Source: Anthoceros angustus (lineage: Eukaryota; Plantae; Anthocerotophyta). Taken from it: DNA of 64,000 bases. The notes below the pieces were generated by a model, which made no database searches, was not told where the DNA came from, and saw nothing but the letters and a program-made list of their open reading frames with translations. Where the stretch lies: positions 1 through 64,000 of the forward strand of contig VJWM01000260.1 of assembly GCA_010909165.1 (NCBI GenBank), read 5' to 3'. Both the position numbers and the translations under genes were made by a program. Position 1 is the first letter of the stretch. Each line of letters begins with the position of its first letter. This document shows, piece by piece, positions 37,801 to 49,341 of the stretch.

Positions 37801-38987
37801 GCGGGAACATGGTTCTCCGGAGAAGTCTGTGCGGAGGTTCAGTCACATTGGTGTTGAAACGTCAACTATCCAACATCTCCTCAATCGAGCTCTTCGGAAT
37901 GGCTGGGCTTCGCTGCCGTGTGTGTTTACAAGCATCCAGGCAGATCACGTCGCATCTCACCAGCTCAATTGCCTGGTACCAATATGTCTCTGCGGGATGG
38001 TTCTCTCAACCTCACAAATGCGTGGACTCGTCATCTGGGATGAGGCACCACGGCCAGAATTCAACTGATGCTGGGTTCAGTTTCAGAGGTCACGATAGGC
38101 TGGCAACATCTAGGGCAGAGGGAGGGGACCGTGGGCGAGATCAAGGTTGCACCAGGCACGATAGGTGTTTCAGGACGCTACACACGCCATTTTTCTTCCA
38201 AGTCCCAGGGACGTGTGGCCGCCAAGGTGAGCACAGCAGGAGTTGAAGTGGAGATGGGAGGAGAGAGGACAGTTTCTGAGCACAGTAGTGCGGCCATGTT
38301 CTGTACGGTAGGTCTGCAAGGCGTGTGGTGGAAAATTCGGTACACCAGGGGTGGTTAGAAATTTGTCTTTCCTATCCTCATCGGCACAACTTTGAGTCCT
38401 TTTTGTGTGTTGGAGCACTATTTATACCACCCTCTATCTACGCCCTGTTGCAGATCTTTCTTCTCAAGCCCTGCCACTTGAAGAGGCAGCGAAGGAAGAC
38501 TCTCCAAAGTCGGAGATCTAGCCTATCTCAGGTGTTGGAAACCAGGGCAACGTCACAAAACTCCCAAATTTTGCTACAGAATGGTGCTCATAGAAAGCAG
38601 CGGAAACAGGCTCAGCAGAACGGACTAGTTATCTTAAGCAGCAATACATGGTAATCTCAAGTACTCAGGCGCAGAGGCTGAAGACATGGAGGGCCAAGAC
38701 AGTGATTTACCTCCACCCACTCTAGACGTCACCATTCCTTTGCAATCTCACAGGTGATGCAAGTGAGCTCAGGTTGCACGAAGGTGTTAAAAAAGCAGGG
38801 CTTTTCGGTTTCTGCTATCCTTGTCCCGGCGAGCCTCACCAGCGAGCCTCAACAGCTCCGCGTGACTTACAGTTACAGGGGCAGTGAACACCAGGTTGTA
38901 GTTGGTGACAGAGACGAACTTAAGATTCCTCAAGCAGCACACAGAGTTCCTAACAGGAGTCCGGCTGCTGCAACCCCAGTAGGTTAA
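34893..38987 (+). pseudogene. ATJ13: DnaJ13/DNAJC11-like chaperone gene, probably a pseudogene
   Basis: Exon 1 34893-35045 (ELYALL...[12 protein letters not shown]). Phase-0 GT-AG intron 35046-37445. Exon 2 continues the J domain (MQDIATQSFQRIREAYEIFSDPQKRQIYD) and ends with a DUF3395-type tail (LDVTIPLQ...LRVTYSYRG...ELKIP). In-frame TAG at 37731 and 38356, plus several frameshifts. Confidence 0.88.
35851..37328 (+). CDS. Secreted alpha/beta-hydrolase-fold protein (Abhydrolase_5-like) nested in the DnaJ intron; start of a second domain is truncated
   Basis: Signal peptide; exons 35851-36178, 36279-36589 and 36745-37127 (phase-1 GT-AG introns). Motifs IFLPEQDVAPEAYAP, WALVAHG, YFGSQD and TTHYGF. 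One -1 frameshift near 36350 (likely a missing C). Second-domain fragment AARGYLVVLLEQP at ~37209-37247, followed by a donor GT at 37329. Confidence 0.75.
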
Positions 38988-39577
38988 GAAAGGTAACCAA
39001 GCTAATTCGTAGAAAGGAAAAAAACCAATTGTTGACATGTGAACATGGGCACCTTGGAAACAAAGCCACCTAACCTGATCCTTCACCCGCTCTATAGAAC
39101 TGTCACGGATGATAACCGGGGAATGACCGAATTATGAAAAACTAGAGAAGGAGAGAGAATTTGTGAAATACTGGTGACTTGATGTTGCAGCCTACACATG
39201 CCAGTTCTAAGAGTTCCAGCAATTCAGAGGATTGCTGCGCATGCAAACTGGAGTTTACAATCTCTTCTTCATGGTAGCTCATGGGAGTCCAGAGGCTCTC
39301 ATATTACCAAAAAGCTCGGTCATAGAATGGTCTACATCTCCGAAACACGAGACTACAAGTGCCAATGTAGATGTTCTATTCTAGAGGCCCATAGTGTCTA
39401 AGACGTGCAGTAGCCCTTCGTACAGGAAGTTGCCCCTGGCATGAGGCTTACACGCATCTCTGGTCTGTTATGCATGCTAGGTCACGAGATACAGCTCGCA
39501 TGCTTTTACGGCACAAGGATACGTTTCAAGAGTCGGATGCACTCCTACACAGGGTCTTGATACATAAAGATTGCGAT

Positions 39578-40920
39578 CTAAATGGCTCCCACCAGTGACA
39601 AACTCAGCCCAATCTTGGGCTTGGCAGTTGTCAAAGCCTTGGTATCGATCTCAGCATACATGCCAACAGACGCAAGCGGGTTTGGCTCGTACTGTAGCAG
39701 GGCTCCGAGTATCCCATAGTTGTCGATACGACCCTTCACTGTGCTTCTAGGATCAAGCCTGTAGGAACCAGCCAAGGTCGCCTTGGTCACGTTTTTCTCC
39801 AGCTTGTGGTTCAAATGCAAGCCCAGTGTTGTGGTAGGACTCAAGGCTTGCATCCCGTATGCATCTACCGACTTCTCCGACTGAGGATCAAATAACAAAA
39901 GAGCTGATCTTTCCGGAGTAGTGTAACCAAGCCCTGCAAACAACACCGAAGTAGAGCATTGAGGGTGGACCTTTGGTATGGTGCACTTTCATGCAATTCC
40001 CAGTCTGCGAGGGACTGACCATCAGTGAAGCTCGGAGAGAAGAAACGACGAGTACAATGAAACCTACCGGCAGTGAGGCTTGTGACGGCTCTGGTATCAG
40101 TGTTGTAGACAAAGGAGCTTCCAAGTGACAATTTGTCGGATCCTACATTTGTAGAGAACTCCACCGCTGGCTTGGCTTTAAAACCCGAAACGGTAGACGA
40201 CACAGCGGCATAATCATGCTGATATTGCACCTGCCCCTTCCCGTAGTTGACAGCATCTGGCACGGTGGTAGTCAAGTTCACCTTTAGCCCAGGAACCAGG
40301 TCTTCGTATATTGTCGCGACGGAGATCTGCGTGCATGTGACGCCGAGAAAAGGTCTTAGTTGGCCATCGGCATCCACATTACGCTACCACGGCAATTGAT
40401 CATCAAGCTTGAAGGATGTGCGAATGGAGAACTAGAGAGCGCGCCAGATAACTTTACAACAAAAAGCGCGGGCAGAAAACAAGGTCCCGACCTGATTGGT
40501 AGTACCCGTTGTGATCTCAGTGGTGACGCCTGCCCTCTTAAAGGAGCCGATCACCAAGCCCATCACCAATCCATCCGCCATGGTGGCTGTGGTGGACAAC
40601 ATGGTGTTACCAGGCGCCAGGCAGGAAACCATAAGCGTATGGCTTGGTGCGAAGCCTTTTGTGAACAAATCCTTGACGGGCTTGCCGAGCTCATTGAAGA
40701 AGGCAGGCTTCCCTACAGTCTTCGGTGGAGGAGGTGGCGGCGTATTGGACTCGGGAGCTTTGGAATGATGGTCAATCCCGACTCCCCTTGCCCCTGAGCC
40801 CCCGGAATTGGAGCTGCTCTGCGGCTGGAAGCTGGAACCTGAGCTTCTCCTGTATCCCTTGTCATCGCTGGAGAGGAAATCCTCGTCCAATGCCCCTGAT
40901 TTCTGACTCGCCCTTGCCAT
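39578..40920 (-). CDS. VDAC: Mitochondrial porin (VDAC) with N-terminal extension
   Basis: Exons 40920-40492, 40326-40068 and 39933-39578, joined in frame. PAFFNELGKPVKDLFTKGF helix, QYQHDYAAV, YRLDPRSTVKGRIDNYG and C-terminal KPKIGLSLSL beta-signal. Confidence 0.93.
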
Positions 40921-41169
40921 CGCCTTGAAGCAGGCTGTCCAGTAACCAAATCGTTGCCTGTAGCAGAAGGAATTGATCTTACAAAGCGCAAGCAGCTGGA
41001 CGAGCCTCTCCCCATGAGACGTGGACACGAGCATGCTGTGTCGCCACGTGTGCCACTTTGAGTGCCACGTTTTTGGCTCATTTTCATCCCGTTTTCGAAG
41101 CCCCTTGTTTTCTCCTCTTGCACAAGCACAAGCATTCAGGCTACGCTCCACTTTGACAAAAAAAAATCA

Positions 41170-41890
41170 GTCTACGCTCCTGTCGACGGAATGAACCAAA
41201 TATCAACAGATTCGACCCTGCCCAAAAGTTCATTTCATTCTCATAATGAGAACGTGGAGGCTTTGTATGAAAAAAGAGATGGGAAATCCTATCTACCCGA
41301 TACGAAGTGGAACAAACCTCTAGAGGGCACCAGGCCAAGGGGGTTAGCTCTTGCGACCCTGCATTGCATTTGTACAAAGTAAGAGCCTTTCCACGTGTGT
41401 GAACCCTGTAGGTGTCAGAAAGTGCTAACTCTTTGTAGCCCCTTCTCTGCAGCTTTGCAAGCCAGATAGGAAGCATGAACGCACGGGACAATATCTAGGT
41501 CCCAAGTAGAGGAACACTCGAATATCGATTGTTGTGCTGCATTGGAGAATGAGGATGGGGCCTTCAAGATGATAAGCTTCCTTCAAAGCCAACTAGTCTT
41601 TCCATATCGCTCTGAACAATATAGAGCACGTGATAACATCGAGGATGGGCAGGTTGTCAAGGACGAAACTGGGACGTTGCACTCCCGACTTCGAATAGGA
41701 AGCTCTACTCAACTTATCCAGCAGAAACGGCTTCTAGGCCTACGCAGGGCTCCGAAGATAAAGCTTTAGAAACCCACAATCCGTGAAGAGCTCTGGCCTT
41801 CAGCCTCGAATTGACCAGTCCCACTCCTCCTTGATGCACAGGCTAAATGATTTGCCTCTAGGCAATATTTTTGCAATTGGCGGAGGCATC
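41170..41890 (-). mobile_element. Degenerate L1-type LINE ORF2, downstream part (left flank of Gypsy A)
   Basis: Minus strand reads NIA*RQII*PVHQGGVGLVNSRLKARALHGLWVSKAL, matching the L1 post-RT motif (W..l..P...GGlGl....n.All.kW). Left boundary approximate. Confidence 0.7.
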
Positions 41891-42322
41891 TGTCATGGCA
41901 AGTCGGGTGCTGATACATACGATGTCTGTAAGTACATGCGGATGATTGTGAGCGTATGCTCATATGCATGGGCATAGGGGTGATGGGCATGCACAGACCC
42001 ACACCCGCCATGAACGGGCATAACAGCAGCCAAGTTTGAGGAGCCGGGCTGTGATCACGGCGGGATTATGGTTTCCGCCGAGATCACTGATGGCGTCATG
42101 CGCCCCAAACAAGTTGCCCGTGACTGGCGGTGTACGGCGCCGAGCGAAAGGGGATAAAAGGGGCAGCAATCCGCGAGAAGAGATTGCGATGTTTGTTCAG
42201 AAGGACAGCTGGTTCCCATGTGGGCGGTGAATGTAGGGCTTTGGGAGTGAGAAGGGATAGCGGTGAGGATGTTTGGAAGGCGATCGCGGATGTATGCTGT
42301 GAGTCTCGTCGAATGAGTTTTG
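41891..42322 (+). repeat. Element A 5' terminal repeat A1
   Basis: Matches ~61400-61826 (A2) and its duplicate ~63030-63423. Confidence 0.88.
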
Positions 42323-44865
42323 CACATCAGCAATCCCTCTCTTTTCTGGAGCTCCACATTGCAAGCGCCAATGTCGTGAGGCGCGGGCTGCACAAGCACC
42401 TGCCAAAGGGGCCACGGATGCGGACAAGATAAGTAAATGGTGGACCGTGAGGAGAATACCGTGGACTTTTCCTTGCTGTTTTATGCTGATCATTCCATCA
42501 TTTGAGTTGGCGTTTGGCGAACTAGAGCCTGCCTACCTATGGCGAAGATTGTGGGAGGAGGTGATTGATAAGTTGGCCTGGCTAGCGGATTGGACCAGTG
42601 AAGGGACCAATACTGACTTTGACACAATGCCGTACATAGTGTCACGCAGGGGGCCGGATTGATGCGGTGATGGTGCTCTTTTCTGGAATGACGAGTACTC
42701 GGTCGAGGCTCGTAGCCCGTCATCCAACACTCTCCGGCAGGGAGGCGGTGGACAATTTGAGTGGAACGAGTCCTATTCGCACCATAGCATTCAGAAAGCG
42801 GTGGTGAGGTCGAATGGAGTATGAACCGGCACCAAGCAAGAATGACGTGTTCACGGTCGGCAGCGGCATGTCGCTTCTTTTTGAAGAAAAATTCGGATGG
42901 GCCATTGATGAGATGGTGCTCAAGTACAAGTCGAGTTCACCGGAGATGGCTTTGAGGAAGATGAGCACGTTCTGGCGGAGAAGCCCTTACATGTTATCGT
43001 GATTGCAAGGATCAAATTTTGCAAGATGCGATCCTTGGCGGACAGACGAGCAAAAGGACTTTGAAAGGAGACGAAGAGGGAACATCGTCGATTACAACCA
43101 GCTGCCATCACATTTCTAGTGGATGAAATGTTGGAGTTTCTTGGAGATGTTCCTGTCCTCTATCGAAAAGATCCGAGGCTCTAGATTCACCATCAAGCCC
43201 AATGAGCCTCTTAGATCAGCATATTTGAGGCTAAGACAGCTGGTGAAAGACACACGAGTGAAGACCATGCGGGAGGCCGCACAGATTTACATAGCCGCTC
43301 TTCCAGGGAGATAGAGAAGGGTAATTGCCAACTTCCTACACATGCTACATGGCGCAGACTATGAGCTGGAGTAGGCTTATGAAATGGCGGAGAGAGTCAT
43401 GAGAGGAGATGCTGTGACCAGGTCGTATTGGGAGGAACACAACCTCGTCAAAGGCGGCGGCATGTCACGCGCAGAGCACAAGGAGGAGTTCCCATCGACG
43501 GACTGGAGCGTTGTGAGAACACTACGCGCCAAGGCGCTCGGCCAATAGTGCAATCGGCCAAAGCGGCCGTCAAATGCTGCGATGCGAGAGTTCTCCTAAA
43601 GCCTTTGAATGTGAGTTTCGTCGGTGGGGCTAAGGAAAGGAGGTGTGTAGGACTGCGCCAAGGCAGACTCTGGAGGCGGCATGTTGGCAAGCTCACCCGA
43701 GTTCAGCCCAAGGGGTTGGAGAGAGTGGGCGACAAAATGAAGCCAACCACAGGTTACACAGGCGCTTCTAAGTGAGGTACATCGGTTGCGGGAGCAATTG
43801 GCGATGAGTGTAAGCATCAAGGCCAGCGCGCCACAGGAAAATCTGACTCGGACCAAGAAGTGTATGCGCTAATGAGTAGGGGTGACCCAAGGTGGTCGAC
43901 ATGGGGAAAATCAAACAAAAGGATTGGGACAAGAGCCAACCCAAGATGCCGGATCCTTCCGGCGGATGGAGGATCCACAGCACATGAACTCCATGAAGGA
44001 AGCCGCCCAACATGGAGCTCTTCTTGGAAGGCAATGGATGTGCCCATGGTCGACTGCGCGACACAGGAGTGAAGCGACCATTCGAGGCGATGCGAGCATG
44101 GATGAAAGGTGCCCACGGAAGGCCGGCGATGTCAGCTTCACCCACCTATCGGGAACATGAAACCAGGCTCGGGGAAAGGGGAGTCGCCATGGTGGACAAT
44201 CGGCCGAGAAGTCACGTGAATGGTTTTGCCCGGAATGCATCTTGGTAGAACCTGTGGCGGATCGGTGCTACTTGGGATCCGTGTCGAAGGCACTTCAGCT
44301 CTATGGACAGTTGGCCATGTGAATGCGCATCACGTCCATGGGTACGGGAGCAAGTAATGGGGATCACGAGGGATCCGGTTCGCATAGAGCTCAAGCCGGT
44401 ACCAAGGATGCGGTTCTTGAAGTTCATTGCTTGGTGTCCAATGCAAGGAACTATGATGTCTTGCTTGGCGGCGCCACATGGACCAGCAATGGGAGTAGAT
44501 CCACGCACTCGGTGGCATTCTACAGACCGCGATGGCGAGACGGGGACTTCTCACACATGGCCGAATCCGCTTAGTATGAGGAGAACTGGGGAGAACACAG
44601 GCAGCACATTGGCGGTGACGCGTGTGGGCGGGAAGTGTTCACATGAGGTGTGGGAAGAAAGCAGAACTAACAAGGGAGGAAATTCCGGACGAAGAGGCGG
44701 ATGCTTGCTATGTCGGGAACAAGGCAATTGGCCTTGGCGGCAGGAACATCTCCGGCGGAGAGTGGTTGAGTGTCCCTTAACCCGAGTGCCAGAAAAGCAC
44801 CTAGCTAGTTTTGAATCCGGGCTGGGTCAACAACAAGGTGATTGGTGGAAGGTGGGAGGCAGGGC

Positions 44866-45780
44866 ATTCATCTCATGGAACTTTGCTCCGGGATCAGCAG
44901 CGGGTTGGAGGCGGTGTTGAGAAGCGGCATTCGGATAAAGAAATACACATGTGTCGAACTGGATGAAAGGGCGCGTGCGGTGGCCAGGACTAGAATCATG
45001 CGGATGCAAAGGGAACACGCCGCGATGATTAGTAGAGAAGCGATCAAGGGATGCCAAAGCCGGTTGCCTGCAGACATCTTGTTAGTGGGAAAGCGTCAAA
45101 TTGATGCCCTCGGATGCAAGGTGGATATGTTAGTTGCAGGATGGGAATGCAGGAACTTTTCCAGAGCTGGCCGTGGCTCAGGCAATGGCATGGAACTAGC
45201 ATCGGAAGTCATCCGGATTCTGAGGGAAGTGCAAGCGACCAACCCTTCCTGTTGGTACCTACTCGAAAACGTGTGTGGTGCGTTCGATGAGCGTGAGGTC
45301 CGGAAACAATCTGGGCAACTCGGTGGTTGGAGAAGAATTCATTGTGGACGCCGTGCAGACCGGTTCATATGCACATCGAGTGCGAAGCTTCTGGACCAAT
45401 GTTGGCAGTGTGACATCCCTGAGGCATCACCGTGATTGGCGGTGCCGCGTCGCTATGTAAAGGACATTACGGGTCGGGCCAGCCACAAGCGATGCAAGGG
45501 AGATAAAGTACCCCATTATCCAGTGAACGAGGTGGGAAAGCCAAGAAGGGCATGGCCCACACTCGTCAAGACCGTGCAATCTTATGCGTTTAGGAAAGGG
45601 GAGAAGGCATGGTCTTTGGACACAAGGAAATGAAGTAGAGCCAAGCGATAACGGAGGAACATGCCATGGGATTTGGTGCAGGTGGCACTTGCACGCCTGG
45701 TGTGTTGGAATCGGCCTGATGCAGGTTGATCGGGCAAGCTTTTGACGTGACCTGCATGCAATGGTTGATCACTGCAGGCT
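44866..45780 (+). pseudogene. C5 cytosine DNA methyltransferase domain in pol of element A (frameshifted as assembled)
   Basis: Motif I ELCSGISSG; II CVELD; IV VDMLVAGWEC; VI YLLENV; VIII AHRVRSFWTN (~45371-45400); IX EHAMGF; X LIGQAFD. Confidence 0.9.
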
Positions 45781-45929
45781 TGGCGATACAGATAGCCATG
45801 AGCCGTGAGAATGGGGACGGGCGTTTGGCGATCTGTGAAGGTGAACTTACATCTACATCGGAGAAACAAGAACGTGCCGCCAACACAGCAGCCTCTGCTA
45901 CTTTGCCACGAGAAAGGAACTATGAAAAT

Positions 45930-48783
45930 GCGGTCGATGATTGGCAGATATGTGAAGATTTGCAACCAGCTGAACGACAAAGGATCCGAGACATGCTACT
46001 CAAAAATCGTGGTACCTTCGCGTTCAGTTGGGCCAAACTAGGGCGATATGACCGTGTCAAGTTCAAGATCACTACCACCAATGAACATGTGTTCGAAGAC
46101 ACTAAGTCCCATGGAATGGGACATCGTGAACAAGCGGTGCAAGGAACTAGGCTGCGGTGGGCTAATCGAAGTCAACATCGCAATATCTGCGACTCTGGTC
46201 CACTCAAGAAGGATGAACATGGGGAATGGAAGGATAGGAGAATGTGTGGGGATTACCGAGCTCTGAATGAAATAACGCCCATGGAGCGGTATCCCATGCC
46301 CACGCCTGATGAGATCTTTGACGCCATTGGTGAAGCCAAGTACTTCACCACCCTTGACTTTCGATCTGGGTTCAATCAGATAGTGATTGAGGAGGAGGAC
46401 AAGTGCAAGACAGCGTTTTGGGGCAAAGAGCGCTATGGGAATGGGAGACCATGCCATTCAGACTGAAGAATGCATCCATATATTTTCAACGTGTGGCTGA
46501 CTTGGAATTGCAAGGCAAGTCAAGTGTTACATCGATGACATTACGGTGTTCGGATAACTGGAGGAACACATTGAGCACTTAGAGGTGCTGTTGCAGCGCT
46601 TGGCCAAATCTAGATTGAAGGCCCATCCCAAGAAATGCAAGTTCGCATACAGGGAGATTGAATACCTAGGGCACAAGATTGTGCCGGGTCTTTGCCACAA
46701 TTGGCCAAAGTACAAGCGATGAGTCTCATGCCGGACCAAAGGATGTGGCGCCTTGAGGCGTTCACAGGCTTGGTGAACTATTATCGTCGGTTTGTAAGGG
46801 ACATGAGCGAACACCAAGCCACTATATGAGCTACTCAAAGGAAACTCGGTGGCAGGGAGGCGGGAGCAAGAGCAAGCGTGGGAGTTGAAAGAGCGGTGGT
46901 AGAGGCCAATGCTTAAGCGGCCCAACCCAGGCCCTTAATACACGGATTAGTCTTGTAGGCATTGGTGCCGTGCTTGCCCAAGCAGATGAGGAAGGAAGAG
47001 AGCGGGTTGTGGCGTATGCGAGCAGGTCGAATAACACTGCGGAGGCCAACTATTCGTCTTATGAAGGGGAGTGTCTTGCCGCTGTGTGGGCAGTCTTGCA
47101 CTTTAGAGTATACCTATTTGGTCGAAGTTTTCAGTTGGTCACGGATCACCAGCCATTACATTGGCTGATGACCAATATGAAGCTAAGCGGGAAGCTTGCT
47201 AGGTGGGCTCTCCTGCTATCTGAGTATGATATGCAAATTGTGCACCGCGCTGGAAAGGTACACCTCAACGCTGATGGGCTCAGCAGGAACCCGATGTGTG
47301 GGGCAGAAGATACCACTGGGGCGAGACAAGACTTCGGATCTGTGCAACATTTGGCCAGTGGGTATTTGGCGATGCTATCCTTGGAGCCAGGCAGTGATCA
47401 ACAGACGTCAGAAGGAGGTCGAGACATATGGAAGCTCCAGCATGCCATTCAGCTGTTAAGGGATGGGCATGTGGCTGGTGTGGACACAATGTCACTCCAG
47501 AAGCTGCAGCGACGGATTGCTCGCTATACATACAAAGACGGCAAGGTGTATGTGGTTGATCGAGGGGTGAGTAAGGAGGTGCCACCCGTCGGGGAGCGAA
47601 GATCACTAGTGACCAAGATACACAGAACGTTGGGGCATTTTGGTCGAGACACATCACATGTTGAAAAGTACATACTTTTGGTCGGTATGTATGCGGATGT
47701 AGAGCAAGTAGTGGCGCGATGTGCTGCATGTGATGCGATGGCGAGGTTCAGGCCGGGATGTGGTGCTACATTCGCTGCCCATCGGATTATTCTTTCGATG
47801 GTCGATTGATTTGATGCGAATTGCGGTGACCAAGCAAGGCAACAAGCACGCATGTTGATGATAGAGCACTTTTGAAGTGGGTGGAACTAGCCTTTCTCCC
47901 GATCGAGCTCCACGGCCGCGCATTTTGCGATGTGTTCTCGGAGATATGGAAGTTCGGAGGTGTTGTGGACCAAGGCAATGAGTTCGCGGTGAGTTCAAGC
48001 GTTCTTGGATCGGAGCTTGATAGATCACCGCCGCACATCTGGGATCATCCTCAAGGTCGACGGATTGGCGGAGCGGTTAGTGCAAACTTTTAAGGGCGCT
48101 CTTCGCCATAAACTTGAGGTTGAGACCGATTCTTTGGGATGAGTTGTTGCCATATGTTGCATTAGGATACGGGATCGATTATGCGGTGCTTTGGGCAACT
48201 TCAGCCCATATTTCATCATGTTTGGGCGGAATCTTTGTCATGCCAAACATTGTGGCGGCTATTCTAAACCGATGATTGGGCACGAGAATCCGGAGGAATG
48301 TTTCAGAATTACAAAATCGCGCCAAGTTGTTTGTTGGGTAATTCCCATGGCCATGGATAACTTGGCCATTGCCCAACATCGGGACCAACCGATATGCCTT
48401 TACGAGGTGGCTCATGGAAACCCAAGGCGAGGAAATTGAGTAGGGGACTTTGTGTATTTACAACACCGACCATCGACCTGGGATGGCTTTGGGCGCTTGA
48501 TTTTGCGGGTGGTGAATGTGGGTGAGCGGTGTCATTGAATTGGAAGAGGCGGGGCCGGACGTTGCAAGGAACACATCGTCGCAGCACCATGCCACTGCCG
48601 AACTTGGACACGAGGACTCGACCCACGAGCATGAAACCACCGATTGACTTGCCTTGCGAACTTTGTGGCCCATTCGGACCGGAGCTCATGATTCTTTGCG
48701 ACCCGGTGCAATCGGGGTATCATGTGTTTTGCCTCGACCCCTCTCACGGTGATGGATGGTGAATGGTACATCATCAATGTGCT
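45930..48783 (+). pseudogene. Element A RT - RNase H - integrase - PHD finger
   Basis: RT RMCGDYRALN, LDFRSGFNQ, YIDD (~46528). RNase H VVAYASR, NYSSYEGECLA, VTDHQPL. Integrase HRTLGHFG...CAACD, WVELAFLP, DQGNEF. PHD CELC...LCD...YHVFCLDP...GEW (~48655-48780). Confidence 0.92.
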
Positions 48784-49341
48784 CTTCGCGACTCGGCCAA
48801 ATTTGAGGGGGCCGGACTGCCCATGAGCCGAAGGATAAATAACTTTAGGGTAAAAACGGTGCGTGAGGCCGTCGGCTCATTCGTGAGATATGCCGTGAGA
48901 GAAGGCGGGGCGTGGGGGCGAAGGTATCAAGCGTGGCGGTGGCGCACGCGCGCGGGAGGCAAGACAATCAAAGGCCCGTGAGCAAAACGAGCTCATGAGC
49001 GGGTTTGTGCAGTTGCGGTGCAAGTGTGGCGGGAGGCCTAGCAAGCTCCGGCCGTTGGAAGGCATGCGAGATAGGGAGGTTGTTGCGAGCTCTCACCACC
49101 CTCCACATGTGGTTGGTCATTTCGCGACTTGAGGGCAACGGATCATCCTCAAACCCTTGCATGCTCGTCACCCAATCCGCGTGTCATAGACGGCCAGCTG
49201 GTGAGCGATTTGTGCCTGATGCTTCCTATGGTTTGGTGGCGATTAGCCATCATAGTGGTAACATTAGGCGGTGGTGGTCTCGGAGGTGGTGGCGCCCGGT
49301 GTGGCAGAACTTCTTCGATGTCGGCGGGTTGCTAGGACAAC

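Noticed and set aside
37731-38358. TAG stops in the DnaJ gene rescued by U-to-C RNA editing
   Set aside because: Such editing is known from organelles, not nuclear genes; mutation of CAG is simpler
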